Assembly: GCA_041562555.1 (NCBI GenBank) | Contig: JBFEXS010000001.1 | Coordinates: 1 to 64,000, forward strand | DNA: 64,000 bases | Source of the DNA: Sulfurimonadaceae bacterium | GTDB taxonomy: Bacteria; Campylobacterota; Campylobacteria; Campylobacterales; Sulfurimonadaceae | Direction: 5' to 3' | Shown: positions 39,807 through 48,498 of the stretch, in pieces | How the letters are laid out: each line of letters starts with the position of its first letter | Numbering within the stretch: position 1 is the first letter of the stretch | Made by a program: the position numbers and the translations under genes | Notes under the pieces: model-generated | What the model was told of the DNA's origin: nothing | The model's input: only the letters and a program-made list of their open reading frames with translations | Database searches by the model: none

Positions 39807-39957
39807 CCCAAAACCCTCCCACATCTCCACCTAATCATAAACCATCCCAATCTTATCTTATTATTAGACTGACTTATAACTTCCTGATGATGCGATATTG
39901 TAATATTATGTTTTTATGCTATAATATGTTAAATAAAATTAATTATTGGTGGGAAAA

Positions 39958-40314
39958 ATGAAAGAAACGGTTACATATGATCAAATTCATCCTTTGGTTC
40001 AATACGTAGAGATAGCATCCGATGTCGTTCAATGTCATTTTCATTGCCCTGTTAAATCTAAAAAGATTGTTGCTATTACACGCTTAACACGATTTGGCGA
40101 TCGTGCACAACACGTTCCTGTGCCAGGTACAATAGGGCGCATCAAAGCTTCTGCACTTAATCAGTATAAAAAGTATTTTGGAAGATACGAGGAACCGACA
40201 GAAGTCGAGGATCCTGAAGTAGATAAAGAAAATGCAATTGTACATGCTTTTGGAAAAATTTCCGAGCGTTTTGTATGGAGCGAAACTCATAAACATTTTA
40301 TTTATAAGTTCTGA
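39958..40314 (+). CDS. Hypothetical protein
   Basis: 118 aa, GGGA RBS, TGcTATAAT extended -10 at about 39917-39925. Confidence 0.7.
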   Translation: MKETVTYDQIHPLVQYVEIASDVVQCHFHCPVKSKKIVAITRLTRFGDRAQHVPVPGTIGRIKASALNQYKKYFGRYEEPTEVEDPEVDKENAIVHAFGKISERFVWSETHKHFIYKF

Positions 40315-40321
40315 ATGCAGC

Positions 40322-40343
40322 GAGCAGAAGATATCTCCTGCTC
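40322..40343. terminator. Hairpin between convergent genes
   Basis: GAGCAGAAGA-ta-TCTCCTGCTC, inverted repeat with one mismatch. Confidence 0.5.
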
Positions 40344-40364
40344 AATAAACTCAAAGTATGAATA

Positions 40365-40562
40365 TTAGTGTGCGCCACCCAATGCTCTTGCACTCTCTTC
40401 AGTCTCTATCCCATGTTTTAAAAAACAGCTAAAAGCGGCAGTTACGGCAATGATCTTTAGATCAGACTCCCCCACAAGGGCCCATACTAGACAGAAAAGC
40501 AGTGCAACTGCCGAGATCGCAAATTTAGTTTTATTGGTAGTTAATTCTTCATGATGTGTCAT
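40365..40562 (-). CDS. Small membrane protein
   Basis: 65 aa, two hydrophobic segments, strong AAGGAG RBS. Confidence 0.7.
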   Translation of the reverse strand: MTHHEELTTNKTKFAISAVALLFCLVWALVGESDLKIIAVTAAFSCFLKHGIETEESARALGGAH

Positions 40563-40632
40563 TTTTTCTCCTTGAAAAAATATTATATCAGCCTAATATA
40601 TACTCAAGATTAAATCTTGGATATAATGGGGC

Positions 40633-41112
40633 ATGGATAAAAAGAAAATTCGAAGTTTGGCCATTATTGGCATTATCATCATTATGCTTATTGCACTTAT
40701 TGTTTATGGTATCACAAACTCTGCTTTTAACTTCAAAGGTAATACCTTGAAGCAGAAACAAAAGGTCGGTCTTGGATATGTACGTACGGGTCGTGTTGAA
40801 TATAATGCTCCGGAAGTGTTTTTATTGGGCGACTTTACGACGAACATGGCTACAAATGACAGGGCAGGAAAGTTCGTTCGGGTAGAAATACGCCTAAAGA
40901 TGAGTACAACAGACCTGGCTGATGAGCTAAAAGAGAAAAATATCGTCTTGCGGGATGCGGTGATCGAAGAGATGAGTCTTAAGCGTTTTTCACAGGTCTC
41001 AACAGAAAAAGGCAAACTGGAATTAAAAGAAAATATCAAAAACAGAATGAACACGATTCTTGCCGACGGTGACGTTGAGGAAGTTTACTTTACGAAGTTT
41101 ATTGTCCAGTAG
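40633..41112 (+). CDS. fliL: Flagellar basal body-associated FliL-family protein
   Basis: Single N-terminal TM, FTTNM, LRDAVI, GKLELKENI, VEEVYFTKFIVQ. Confidence 0.88.
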   Translation: MDKKKIRSLAIIGIIIIMLIALIVYGITNSAFNFKGNTLKQKQKVGLGYVRTGRVEYNAPEVFLLGDFTTNMATNDRAGKFVRVEIRLKMSTTDLADELKEKNIVLRDAVIEEMSLKRFSQVSTEKGKLELKENIKNRMNTILADGDVEEVYFTKFIVQ

Positions 41113-41114
41113 CT

Positions 41115-41139
41115 AAGAAAGAAACCGGGTTTCTTTCTT
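41115..41139. terminator. Bidirectional terminator
   Basis: AAGAAAGAAAC-cgg-GTTTCTTTCTT, a perfect 11-bp inverted repeat between convergent genes. Confidence 0.7.
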
Positions 41140-41153
41140 CTTGTACACTGTGA

Positions 41154-41402
41154 CTAAGCTGCCGTATTCATATATACAACATATAAAGAGATGCTGATCA
41201 TAAGCAAAAAACTTAGTACTACAGGTAGCGGGATAGGGTCTAAAGCAAGGTATGCAAAGTGAAACAACGCTGCGATTGCCAAAGGAATGGTATACACAGG
41301 CATAAAGAAAAACATTGCGATGAGAACAGAAAACCAAAAAGTTGCTGCGATAAGCTTAACACTGTTACCCGTAGACTTGATATGCGTCATTGAGATCTCC
41401 AT
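41154..41402 (-). CDS. Small hydrophobic membrane protein
   Basis: 82 aa (or start at MTHIK after GGAG), about 3 TM segments. Confidence 0.65.
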   Translation of the reverse strand: MEISMTHIKSTGNSVKLIAATFWFSVLIAMFFFMPVYTIPLAIAALFHFAYLALDPIPLPVVLSFLLMISISLYVVYMNTAA

Positions 41403-41665
41403 AAATAAAAGTTATATTATTTTAGCTCATAAGTTTTATTTTAATAATATTTCTTAATAAAAAGATATAACTCTTTATTATAAGTGTTACTATTATATAT
41501 ACTATTAAATTATGGTGTATGTTGGATCGTTATGATATATTAGCGTGATCATCTTTCACGGCTGAGAGTTTTAAGACATGAGATCATAGAAAAATTGTGA
41601 TAGTTACTCTGATAGGGAAGGGAATTCGTTATAATCACATCTAAAGATTACAATAAAGAATTTAT

Positions 41666-42697
41666 ATGAATGCAATACAGCGTGTAAAAGAAGCGATCGA
41701 AGAGATCAAAAAAGGCAAGATGGTCATCATGATGGATGATGAGGATAGAGAAAATGAGGGTGATTTGGTCTATGCCTCTACATTTTCAACTCCCGAACAT
41801 GTAAATTTCATGGCTACGCATGCTAAAGGTCTGATCTGTGTTGCTATCTCAAATGATATTGCAACACGCCTGGAACTTAATCCCATGGTAAGTTCCAACA
41901 CATCGATGCATGAGACGGCATTTACCGTTTCCGTAGATGCGACCGAAGCTGTGACCGGTATCTCTGCTGCAGAAAGGGATATGACAATCAAGATCTTGGC
42001 AAACCCACTTAGCAAACCAAGTGAGCTTGTAAAGCCCGGACATATCTTCCCGCTTATTGCCAAAGAGGGTGGGACACTTATACGTACAGGGCATACAGAG
42101 GGTTCGGTGGACCTTTGCCGTCTTGCAGGACTTGCGGAATCTTCGGTGATCTGTGAAATCATGAAAGAAGATGGGACAATGGCCCGTCGCGATGATCTTG
42201 AGATATTTGCCAAGGAGCATGATCAAAAGATAGTCTATATTTCGGATATTGTTGAATATCGACTTGCAAATGAGAGTCTCATCCGTGACACGCATGCCTC
42301 AGATGGTGAGTTCTTTGGAGTCAAAGTTAAAAAACATATCTTTATCGATCATGAAGAGAATGAGCATACAGCGATAGTCTTTCACAATGCAGGAGAGACA
42401 GCGAATGTTAAAGTACATAATATAATCTCTGATCTTGAGCTGCTTTCCAATGCAAGTAAATACGAGCAGTTGATCGATTCGATCGATTATTTAAAACAAA
42501 ATAGCGGGGTTTTGCTCTTTATCGATCATCCGACTCACCATGCAACTGCGATGAAAGAGTATGGGGTCGGCGCCCAGATACTTAAAAGTCTTGGTGTGAA
42601 ACACATGCGCCTGTTAACAAGCGCTCAAAAGACTGACTTCGTTGGGCTTTCGGGCTTTGGTCTGGAAGTCGCTGAAGTAATCAATCCTTCTGCATAG
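41666..42697 (+). CDS. ribB: 3,4-dihydroxy-2-butanone-4-phosphate synthase fused to a degenerate GTP cyclohydrolase II domain
   Basis: DDEDRENEGD, TAFTVSVD, PGHIFPL, GHTEGSVDL; C-terminal YGVGAQILKSLG. Confidence 0.93.
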   Translation: MNAIQRVKEAIEEIKKGKMVIMMDDEDRENEGDLVYASTFSTPEHVNFMATHAKGLICVAISNDIATRLELNPMVSSNTSMHETAFTVSVDATEAVTGISAAERDMTIKILANPLSKPSELVKPGHIFPLIAKEGGTLIRTGHTEGSVDLCRLAGLAESSVICEIMKEDGTMARRDDLEIFAKEHDQKIVYISDIVEYRLANESLIRDTHASDGEFFGVKVKKHIFIDHEENEHTAIVFHNAGETANVKVHNIISDLELLSNASKYEQLIDSIDYLKQNSGVLLFIDHPTHHATAMKEYGVGAQILKSLGVKHMRLLTSAQKTDFVGLSGFGLEVAEVINPSA

Positions 42698-42717
42698 CGA
42701 TTATTCTTTATCTTCGA

Positions 42718-42745
42718 TGTCACTAAATTAATACATTTAGTGACA
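42718..42745 (+). terminator. Perfect 11-6-11 inverted repeat, probable ribB terminator
   Basis: TGTCACTAAAT-taatac-ATTTAGTGACA followed by AACTGCTTTTTT. Confidence 0.55.
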
Positions 42746-42859
42746 AACTGCTTTTTTAACTTCTAAATTGTATAAATTAAAACAACTATTTACTTTTTTA
42801 TTATATGCTTTACTTATATTAGGAGTGTTTTTACACCTTCTTGATCGTAAGGGAATATC

Positions 42860-44095
42860 ATGTCAGACTTACCGGAATGTTTACAGCCTGCTGTTGCACA
42901 ACTTGAAAAATACGAAACTCAGATCGCTGCCTTAGAGAGTAAGAATCATAACCTTGATGACAACCTGAGAACTCTGCATGAGGAAAAAGAAGCACTTCGT
43001 CAGAAGATCGAAGAGGAGACCAAAGCCCATGCCCTGGCCCTTGAGAGTTTTGAAAAAGAGAAACTGACTTTACGAGAACTCAACCTCGTCGTCAGTGAAC
43101 AGTTAAAAGAAAAATCGCAAGAGTTAAGTGCACTTAATCAATCACGTTCAGACCTTGAAGAAGAAAACAGCCGCTTTAAAACATTGAATTCTCAGTTGAG
43201 TGAACAAAATGAAAAAGTAAGCAGTGAGTCGTTGCACGTTAACGTACAGCAAGAAGCCCTTTCGACTGAAGCGAGCAGGTTGCGTGAAGAAGTGGAGAAA
43301 CTGCGTTCAGAAAACAGCGCCCTAAAAGAAGAGGTCTCTGCCTTGACTTTGGTCAACAGTGCGATGCATCAGCGTCAGCAAAGTCTGGCTCAGGGCACAG
43401 AGGGCAGTGTTGATGATAGTGCCCTGTTAGCTGAGATTGACAGGCTTAAAGGTGAGTTGAATAAAGCAAATAGCGGTGAAGGAGGGGACATCTCTTTCTT
43501 GAAAAGTGAGAATGAACGTCTGATGCAGCGCCATGGCGAGATCACCCAGGAGAAGATGCAGGCTTCTGCGAAGATGCATGCCGCTCAGGATGAGCTTGTC
43601 GGCGTGAAAGCACGATTGGATGAAGCAAGTAAGCATATTGAACAGCTTGAGTTTGAACATCAAGGTCTGCAGAACTTACATAAGAACCTGCTTGAAGAGA
43701 GAGATGCTCTGATTGCAGATAACAGTACCCTGGTAGAAGACAAAGCAAAACTGGATGAGAAGGTTCAACATCTTAGCGAGACTATTCAGCGTGTATCCAC
43801 TGAGAAAGAGCTTGTCGAACAAGAACTCAACCAAGAACATATCAAAGCCGATGCGATGACGGAAGAAGTGAATCATCTTCGTTTAAAAAGCCGGACCCTG
43901 GCTGAAGAGATCAAAGCGCTCAAGCAAGAGGCTCAAGCTGCTGCCGAACAGGATCTGCAACCCGAAGTCCAAGTGCTGGAGATCAGAGATGATGAAGAAG
44001 TTCCCGGCTCACATGATATTGAGATTGTTGTTCCAAGCACGAACGAAGGTCCGCACTTTCCAGGTGAGTTCCATCGTGAAGAGGAAAACAGGTAG
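42860..44095 (+). CDS. Long cytoplasmic coiled-coil protein
   Basis: 411 aa, continuous E/K/L/Q-rich heptads, no signal peptide or TM, acidic Pro-containing tail. Confidence 0.8.
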   Translation: MSDLPECLQPAVAQLEKYETQIAALESKNHNLDDNLRTLHEEKEALRQKIEEETKAHALALESFEKEKLTLRELNLVVSEQLKEKSQELSALNQSRSDLEEENSRFKTLNSQLSEQNEKVSSESLHVNVQQEALSTEASRLREEVEKLRSENSALKEEVSALTLVNSAMHQRQQSLAQGTEGSVDDSALLAEIDRLKGELNKANSGEGGDISFLKSENERLMQRHGEITQEKMQASAKMHAAQDELVGVKARLDEASKHIEQLEFEHQGLQNLHKNLLEERDALIADNSTLVEDKAKLDEKVQHLSETIQRVSTEKELVEQELNQEHIKADAMTEEVNHLRLKSRTLAEEIKALKQEAQAAAEQDLQPEVQVLEIRDDEEVPGSHDIEIVVPSTNEGPHFPGEFHREEENR

Positions 44096-44158
44096 CGCCA
44101 ATCTCTTCACAAGCCTTTTTTCGTTATCCTTGCACCAATTAATAGCAGCAGGATAATC

Positions 44159-45064
44159 ATGTCAGATAAAAAAATCATTATTTTAGATACGGAAACAACA
44201 GGAGTTCTTGAAGAAGACCGTATCATTCAGTTAAGCTACCTTGTGACGGATGCTGATGGAAACATTGAAGAAGTCCATAACGAGTTTTGTCAAGCCCCTT
44301 TAGCCATAAAGTTTGATGCAATGGCCATTCATCACATCACCCCAGAGATGCTTGAAGGAAAGCCCGAATGTACACAGCTTAAGGCCTTTTCCCGTCTACA
44401 GGAATTAAACACACCGGAAAATATCATCGTTATTCAAAGTGCCGAGTTCGATCTGGGTATGCTGGAAAAAGAGGGCTTTATCTCACAGATGAAGCTTATT
44501 GACACCTTTAGAATACACCGTTATTTTTACCATGAAGATCCTCATGGTCTGCAATATAATCGATATGCATTGGGACTGTATCAAAAAGAGGCAGCGCAAA
44601 TGCAGGAATTGGGTGTGCAGATCGCTGCCCATGATGCACTGGGTGATGTCATTGTATTAAAAAATTTTTATGATCATCTGCTGAAAAGTCATAGTGAAGA
44701 GACGATGATCGACATGTGTTCAAAGCCTATTCTGATGGAGATCATGCCTTTTGGTAAACATAAGGGTAAACGTATAGAAGAAGTGGCCGTCAGCGAAAGA
44801 CGCAGTTTGTCGTATATGCTTGAGACCTTTGACCTTGATCAGGATCTGCGTTACAGCTTTGAATATTATTATGAACTGATGAAAGATCAAGCGTCTTTGA
44901 TCATAGGCTTTGGAAAATATAAAGGAAAGGCTCCGGCTGATATTGTTCATGAAGACCGTTCGTATTTGGAATGGATGCATAATAAAGCAGAAAACATAGC
45001 GGTCGAATTGAAAGTGGAGATCAAGCGCGTACTAGATGAGACGGCTGCACAGGGAAAAAACTGA
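44159..45064 (+). CDS. DEDDh 3'-5' exonuclease (ExoX-like) with two C-terminal FGKxKG repeats
   Basis: LDTETTG, AEFD, IDT, AHDALGD; MPFGKHKG and IGFGKYKG. Confidence 0.88.
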   Translation: MSDKKIIILDTETTGVLEEDRIIQLSYLVTDADGNIEEVHNEFCQAPLAIKFDAMAIHHITPEMLEGKPECTQLKAFSRLQELNTPENIIVIQSAEFDLGMLEKEGFISQMKLIDTFRIHRYFYHEDPHGLQYNRYALGLYQKEAAQMQELGVQIAAHDALGDVIVLKNFYDHLLKSHSEETMIDMCSKPILMEIMPFGKHKGKRIEEVAVSERRSLSYMLETFDLDQDLRYSFEYYYELMKDQASLIIGFGKYKGKAPADIVHEDRSYLEWMHNKAENIAVELKVEIKRVLDETAAQGKN

Positions 45065-45175
45065 TCTGTCATTAGAACCTTGCTGCGTTTTAAGTTTTAT
45101 GACTAACTTATCAAGAGATCGAATGATTCAATTAAAAACCAGTAGGATTTGAAAAAAATCAAAGGGTGTGTTCAC

Positions 45176-46309
45176 ATGGATCAATTTGAGGTGAATAAGG
45201 CAATAGAGGACTTTATGCATCCAACGGTATATACCGGTGTCAAACCTGTGTTACTGGTTGCGGAGGAGCTGGCGACTGAACATGGGGTAGGCCAGGTCGT
45301 TGAAGCTGTCTGGGCCGGTATCAACTCGGATAAAGAGTTCAATTACATATCCAAATTTGCCGTGAGTGGAAAGATAATCCTCGACAAATACTACCGGCAA
45401 GATGAGAGAGAGCCTTTTCGGGGCAGATTGGCACTTGCAAGTAGAGACAATCTGGAGAAAGTGGTACTGCATCGCAATTGTCTGGAAGAGATAAAGCTTC
45501 TAAAAGCTAAAAGAGCCCAGGTGCTCGATCAGATCAGACGGGACTTTGATGATCTTCACAGAATATGCTCAGATGATGAAGAAATCTACCTTTTCGAGAA
45601 GAAAGATGGAGACTGGGAAGAAGAGTTCTTTAGTGATCTGAACATCAATATACCCTACAGACTGATTGATTGTCAAAAAAATGAGAACTCCCTTCAGCTG
45701 CATCTGCATAACCCAAAACTGGGCAGAGCCAAAAAATATCCAAATACGGACAGGTTTTACGGATATTTCGTCGGATCACAGGCGGAGATAGCGGGATTGA
45801 AACTAAAAAGTGAGAGTTATTTTACACGTATTGTCTCTTTGGAAAACAATGCAAAAAAGCTGATAAAAGCGATTGAATGGCTGGACCTGGAAGATGCGCG
45901 TATAAAAACAGCCATCGAAAAATTGCCTCAGCATCCCTTTGAAGAGTATTTTCGTTATGTCAAAAAGGATGATGTCCGAAGGGTTGATGTCTCTGAGGCT
46001 TTGGTCGAAACGCTTAAGAAGATCATCCTGAAGCATATGCCTGAAAACAATACTCCTATGGGTATGGAATATATTCCCATCGACAGGTTGTTGTATCTTT
46101 TTCATATGATCATTTCGCGAGATGAGGCACTTGTCGCACTTGAGTCATGTGATATCGTTTATGAACCTCCCGGGGTGCTGCTCGGATACGGAGGCGAACG
46201 TAAGCTCCCGCCTAAGTACCTGGTACCTATCCGTCATGTCGCCCATGCATACCAAAGGTTTCCCAGTTTTATGAGTGTGTGTGAGGGCTTTGTTGATGAT
46301 ACCGTGTAA
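45176..46309 (+). CDS. Hypothetical protein
   Basis: 377-aa ORF (alternative TTG start at 45149); no motif recognised. Confidence 0.7.
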   Translation: MDQFEVNKAIEDFMHPTVYTGVKPVLLVAEELATEHGVGQVVEAVWAGINSDKEFNYISKFAVSGKIILDKYYRQDEREPFRGRLALASRDNLEKVVLHRNCLEEIKLLKAKRAQVLDQIRRDFDDLHRICSDDEEIYLFEKKDGDWEEEFFSDLNINIPYRLIDCQKNENSLQLHLHNPKLGRAKKYPNTDRFYGYFVGSQAEIAGLKLKSESYFTRIVSLENNAKKLIKAIEWLDLEDARIKTAIEKLPQHPFEEYFRYVKKDDVRRVDVSEALVETLKKIILKHMPENNTPMGMEYIPIDRLLYLFHMIISRDEALVALESCDIVYEPPGVLLGYGGERKLPPKYLVPIRHVAHAYQRFPSFMSVCEGFVDDTV

Positions 46310-46391
46310 TAGTATGAATATTTTATTTTAGGTTTTAAAATATTTGGTTACTGTTCTCTTATTTAAATGATGTGCAATAAGGAAAAATAGC

Positions 46392-46766
46392 ATGAATATA
46401 CGCGTTTATTATGAAGATACGGACATGGGCGGGATCGTCTATCATGCTAACTATTTGAAGTTTTGTGAACGTGACCGCAGTGAAAAGTTTTTTCAAAGCG
46501 GTGTGACACCTCATTTTGAGGGAGGAGAATTTGTGGCAGTAAGTCTGCAGGCAGACTTTAAAGCACCGGCGCAATTGGGCGACCTTTTAGAGGTCAAGAC
46601 AGAGATACTCTCCTTAAGCCGAAGCGTCTTGACCTTGGATCAGAAGGTGTTCAAAGAGGATAAACTCCTGTTTGACATGCAGATCAAATTAGGCTTTGTC
46701 AAAGAAGGAAAACTTGGACGTATGACTGAGGACACCCAGGAGAAAATCCAGAGTATGTTCTCGTAA
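46392..46766 (+). CDS. ybgC: YbgC/FadM-family acyl-CoA thioesterase
   Basis: RVYYEDTDMGGIVYHANYLKFCER. Confidence 0.9.
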   Translation: MNIRVYYEDTDMGGIVYHANYLKFCERDRSEKFFQSGVTPHFEGGEFVAVSLQADFKAPAQLGDLLEVKTEILSLSRSVLTLDQKVFKEDKLLFDMQIKLGFVKEGKLGRMTEDTQEKIQSMFS

Positions 46767-46768
46767 TA

Positions 46769-46996
46769 TCAGTGGTAGTTCACCCTGATGATGGATTGCT
46801 CTTTTCTGCGTTCCGGGTAAAACCTGCATTGAAAGGGAAAGACGAAACTCATGGAGTGTTTGCTCTTTTCTTTGAGTGCTGTATGCAGGTCGGTGAAATA
46901 GGCAATAGGCTCGATATAACGTGTCCGGTTCCCATGGACGTCTTGTCCATAGAAGACTTTTTGTAATGAGAATGAGATACCTGTAGGTTTTCGCAT
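46769..46996 (-). CDS. Small basic hypothetical protein
   Basis: 75 aa, AAAGGA RBS and TATACT -10 upstream. Confidence 0.55.
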   Translation of the reverse strand: MRKPTGISFSLQKVFYGQDVHGNRTRYIEPIAYFTDLHTALKEKSKHSMSFVFPFQCRFYPERRKEQSIIRVNYH

Positions 46997-47125
46997 GAAG
47001 TTTCCTTTATTTGAAAATCTTTAGTATATGGTAGCAGTTTGTTGTCACATTGATATTACAAAAAATTATAAATATGGGCAAAGAAGGAAAAGAGGATATA
47101 AAGAGAAACTGTCATACTGAAGAGC

Positions 47126-48481
47126 TTATATCTCTTCAGTGTCTCCATCTTCTGCAAAGAGTGTCTGCTCAGCGTCATCCTGGACTGTCTCTATAGTGAT
47201 AAAACGTGAGAAGGTCGGTTTGACGATGGAGATCGGATACTCTATCTGATTGGCGATCATCTCCTGAGGATATTCTCTGTGTGCAGATGTGATCAGATGA
47301 TAAAAGTAATCGGCTCCAATTGTCGTCGCATAATTGATCCAGTCATAAACGATGTTGTTGTGTAAAAGGGTGTTAGACTCTATCATGACATTATTGTGAT
47401 AGTTGATCGAGTTGGCAACAAGCATCTTCTCTCTGTCTCGTGGCTGGGTAAGCAGAAGAAGTTCCGGGTTATAGTTGATCTGAGTTGATAGGACATTGGT
47501 CGTGTTCACATCATAAAGGGTGAGTTGGGACATTACCATGGCACTTTTAACCACCGGAGTGTTCAGCAGGAATGAGCCTTCTTGAATGCGATTGTTCTCT
47601 TTAAGCTGAGATTCCACATTAGAGGTCCGTTTGGCAATTGGAAAGGAATAGAACTTTGGTTCAGCTGAGTAGGTGAGGTTCTGCTCATCAAGTTCCTCTT
47701 GCGTCAATTCTATCCCCTCTTCATCCTTATAGATGATGCGGTTGAGTGTGATATTCTGATCAAAGGCATCCAAATAGGCATCTTTCGTTATTTCAGTCAA
47801 CTTTTTACCAAGACTGTTCTTATCATAAAAGACTGTCAGCGGTGTTGCGGAATAGGGCATCAGGCTCTCAAGCTGCTTTTTATAGTTTATCGCACCATAA
47901 TAGGTGTATTCAGATGAGATATTCATGTCATCTTTATGGATGGTTGGGAAATAGATATGCATCGGTAAATCCAAGGAGACGACATTATGGGCTCCCTCAA
48001 GTGTTAATGGGGCGATGACATAATGAAAGTCATCCTCTTCTATCTGTTGCAGTACACGCTGGAGCTCTTCGGAATCTTCTGACTCTGCATGGTATGTTTT
48101 TAGTTCAAAGGCTCTGTTCTTGGTAAGATAGTAGGCGAACGCAGCATTGGTCGTGGAGTATGCATATCGTCCGATGACACGGTAAGGCAAGAGCATGGCA
48201 ATCTTAAGTTCTGTGTATTGGCGAATACGTTCAACATTGAACAGTGCCGTCTTGATCAGTAGCATATCGTTTAAGACAGGGTCATCGATCTTGTCTTTAG
48301 AATGGGCTAAAAAGCTGAAAAAACGCTCCTGCTCGATAAACTCATAAAGACATTCATTGTCACATTCACGATCATCTGTGTTAAGTACATAGGTCTTTGG
48401 CAGAGGAACTGATGATACAAGAAAGCTCTGGGCATACAGTGCATTGAGTAAAAACAGCAAGAGTATAAAATGTTTTGTCAT
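47126..48481 (-). CDS. Exported protein, periplasmic-binding-protein type 1-like (LppC/LpoA C-terminal-like)
   Basis: Signal peptide; KIAMLLP...VIAPLT...IYFPT...YYGAINY pattern. Confidence 0.6.
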   Translation of the reverse strand: MTKHFILLLFLLNALYAQSFLVSSVPLPKTYVLNTDDRECDNECLYEFIEQERFFSFLAHSKDKIDDPVLNDMLLIKTALFNVERIRQYTELKIAMLLPYRVIGRYAYSTTNAAFAYYLTKNRAFELKTYHAESEDSEELQRVLQQIEEDDFHYVIAPLTLEGAHNVVSLDLPMHIYFPTIHKDDMNISSEYTYYGAINYKKQLESLMPYSATPLTVFYDKNSLGKKLTEITKDAYLDAFDQNITLNRIIYKDEEGIELTQEELDEQNLTYSAEPKFYSFPIAKRTSNVESQLKENNRIQEGSFLLNTPVVKSAMVMSQLTLYDVNTTNVLSTQINYNPELLLLTQPRDREKMLVANSINYHNNVMIESNTLLHNNIVYDWINYATTIGADYFYHLITSAHREYPQEMIANQIEYPISIVKPTFSRFITIETVQDDAEQTLFAEDGDTEEI

Positions 48482-48498
48482 ATTCCGTTTTCCTTTTG

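Noticed and set aside
40556..40750. 64-aa + strand ORF overlapping the fliL start
   Set aside because: Out-of-frame overlap with fliL and spans the divergent promoter.
41403..41665. Possible FMN riboswitch upstream of ribB
   Set aside because: None of the RFN conserved blocks (AGGGCGGGG, CCGAC, GGATGGGAGA) are present, and the -10 lies just before the ATG.
46772..46966. + strand 64-aa ORF opposite 46769-46996
   Set aside because: The - strand ORF has the clear RBS and -10, so the + frame is treated as its shadow.
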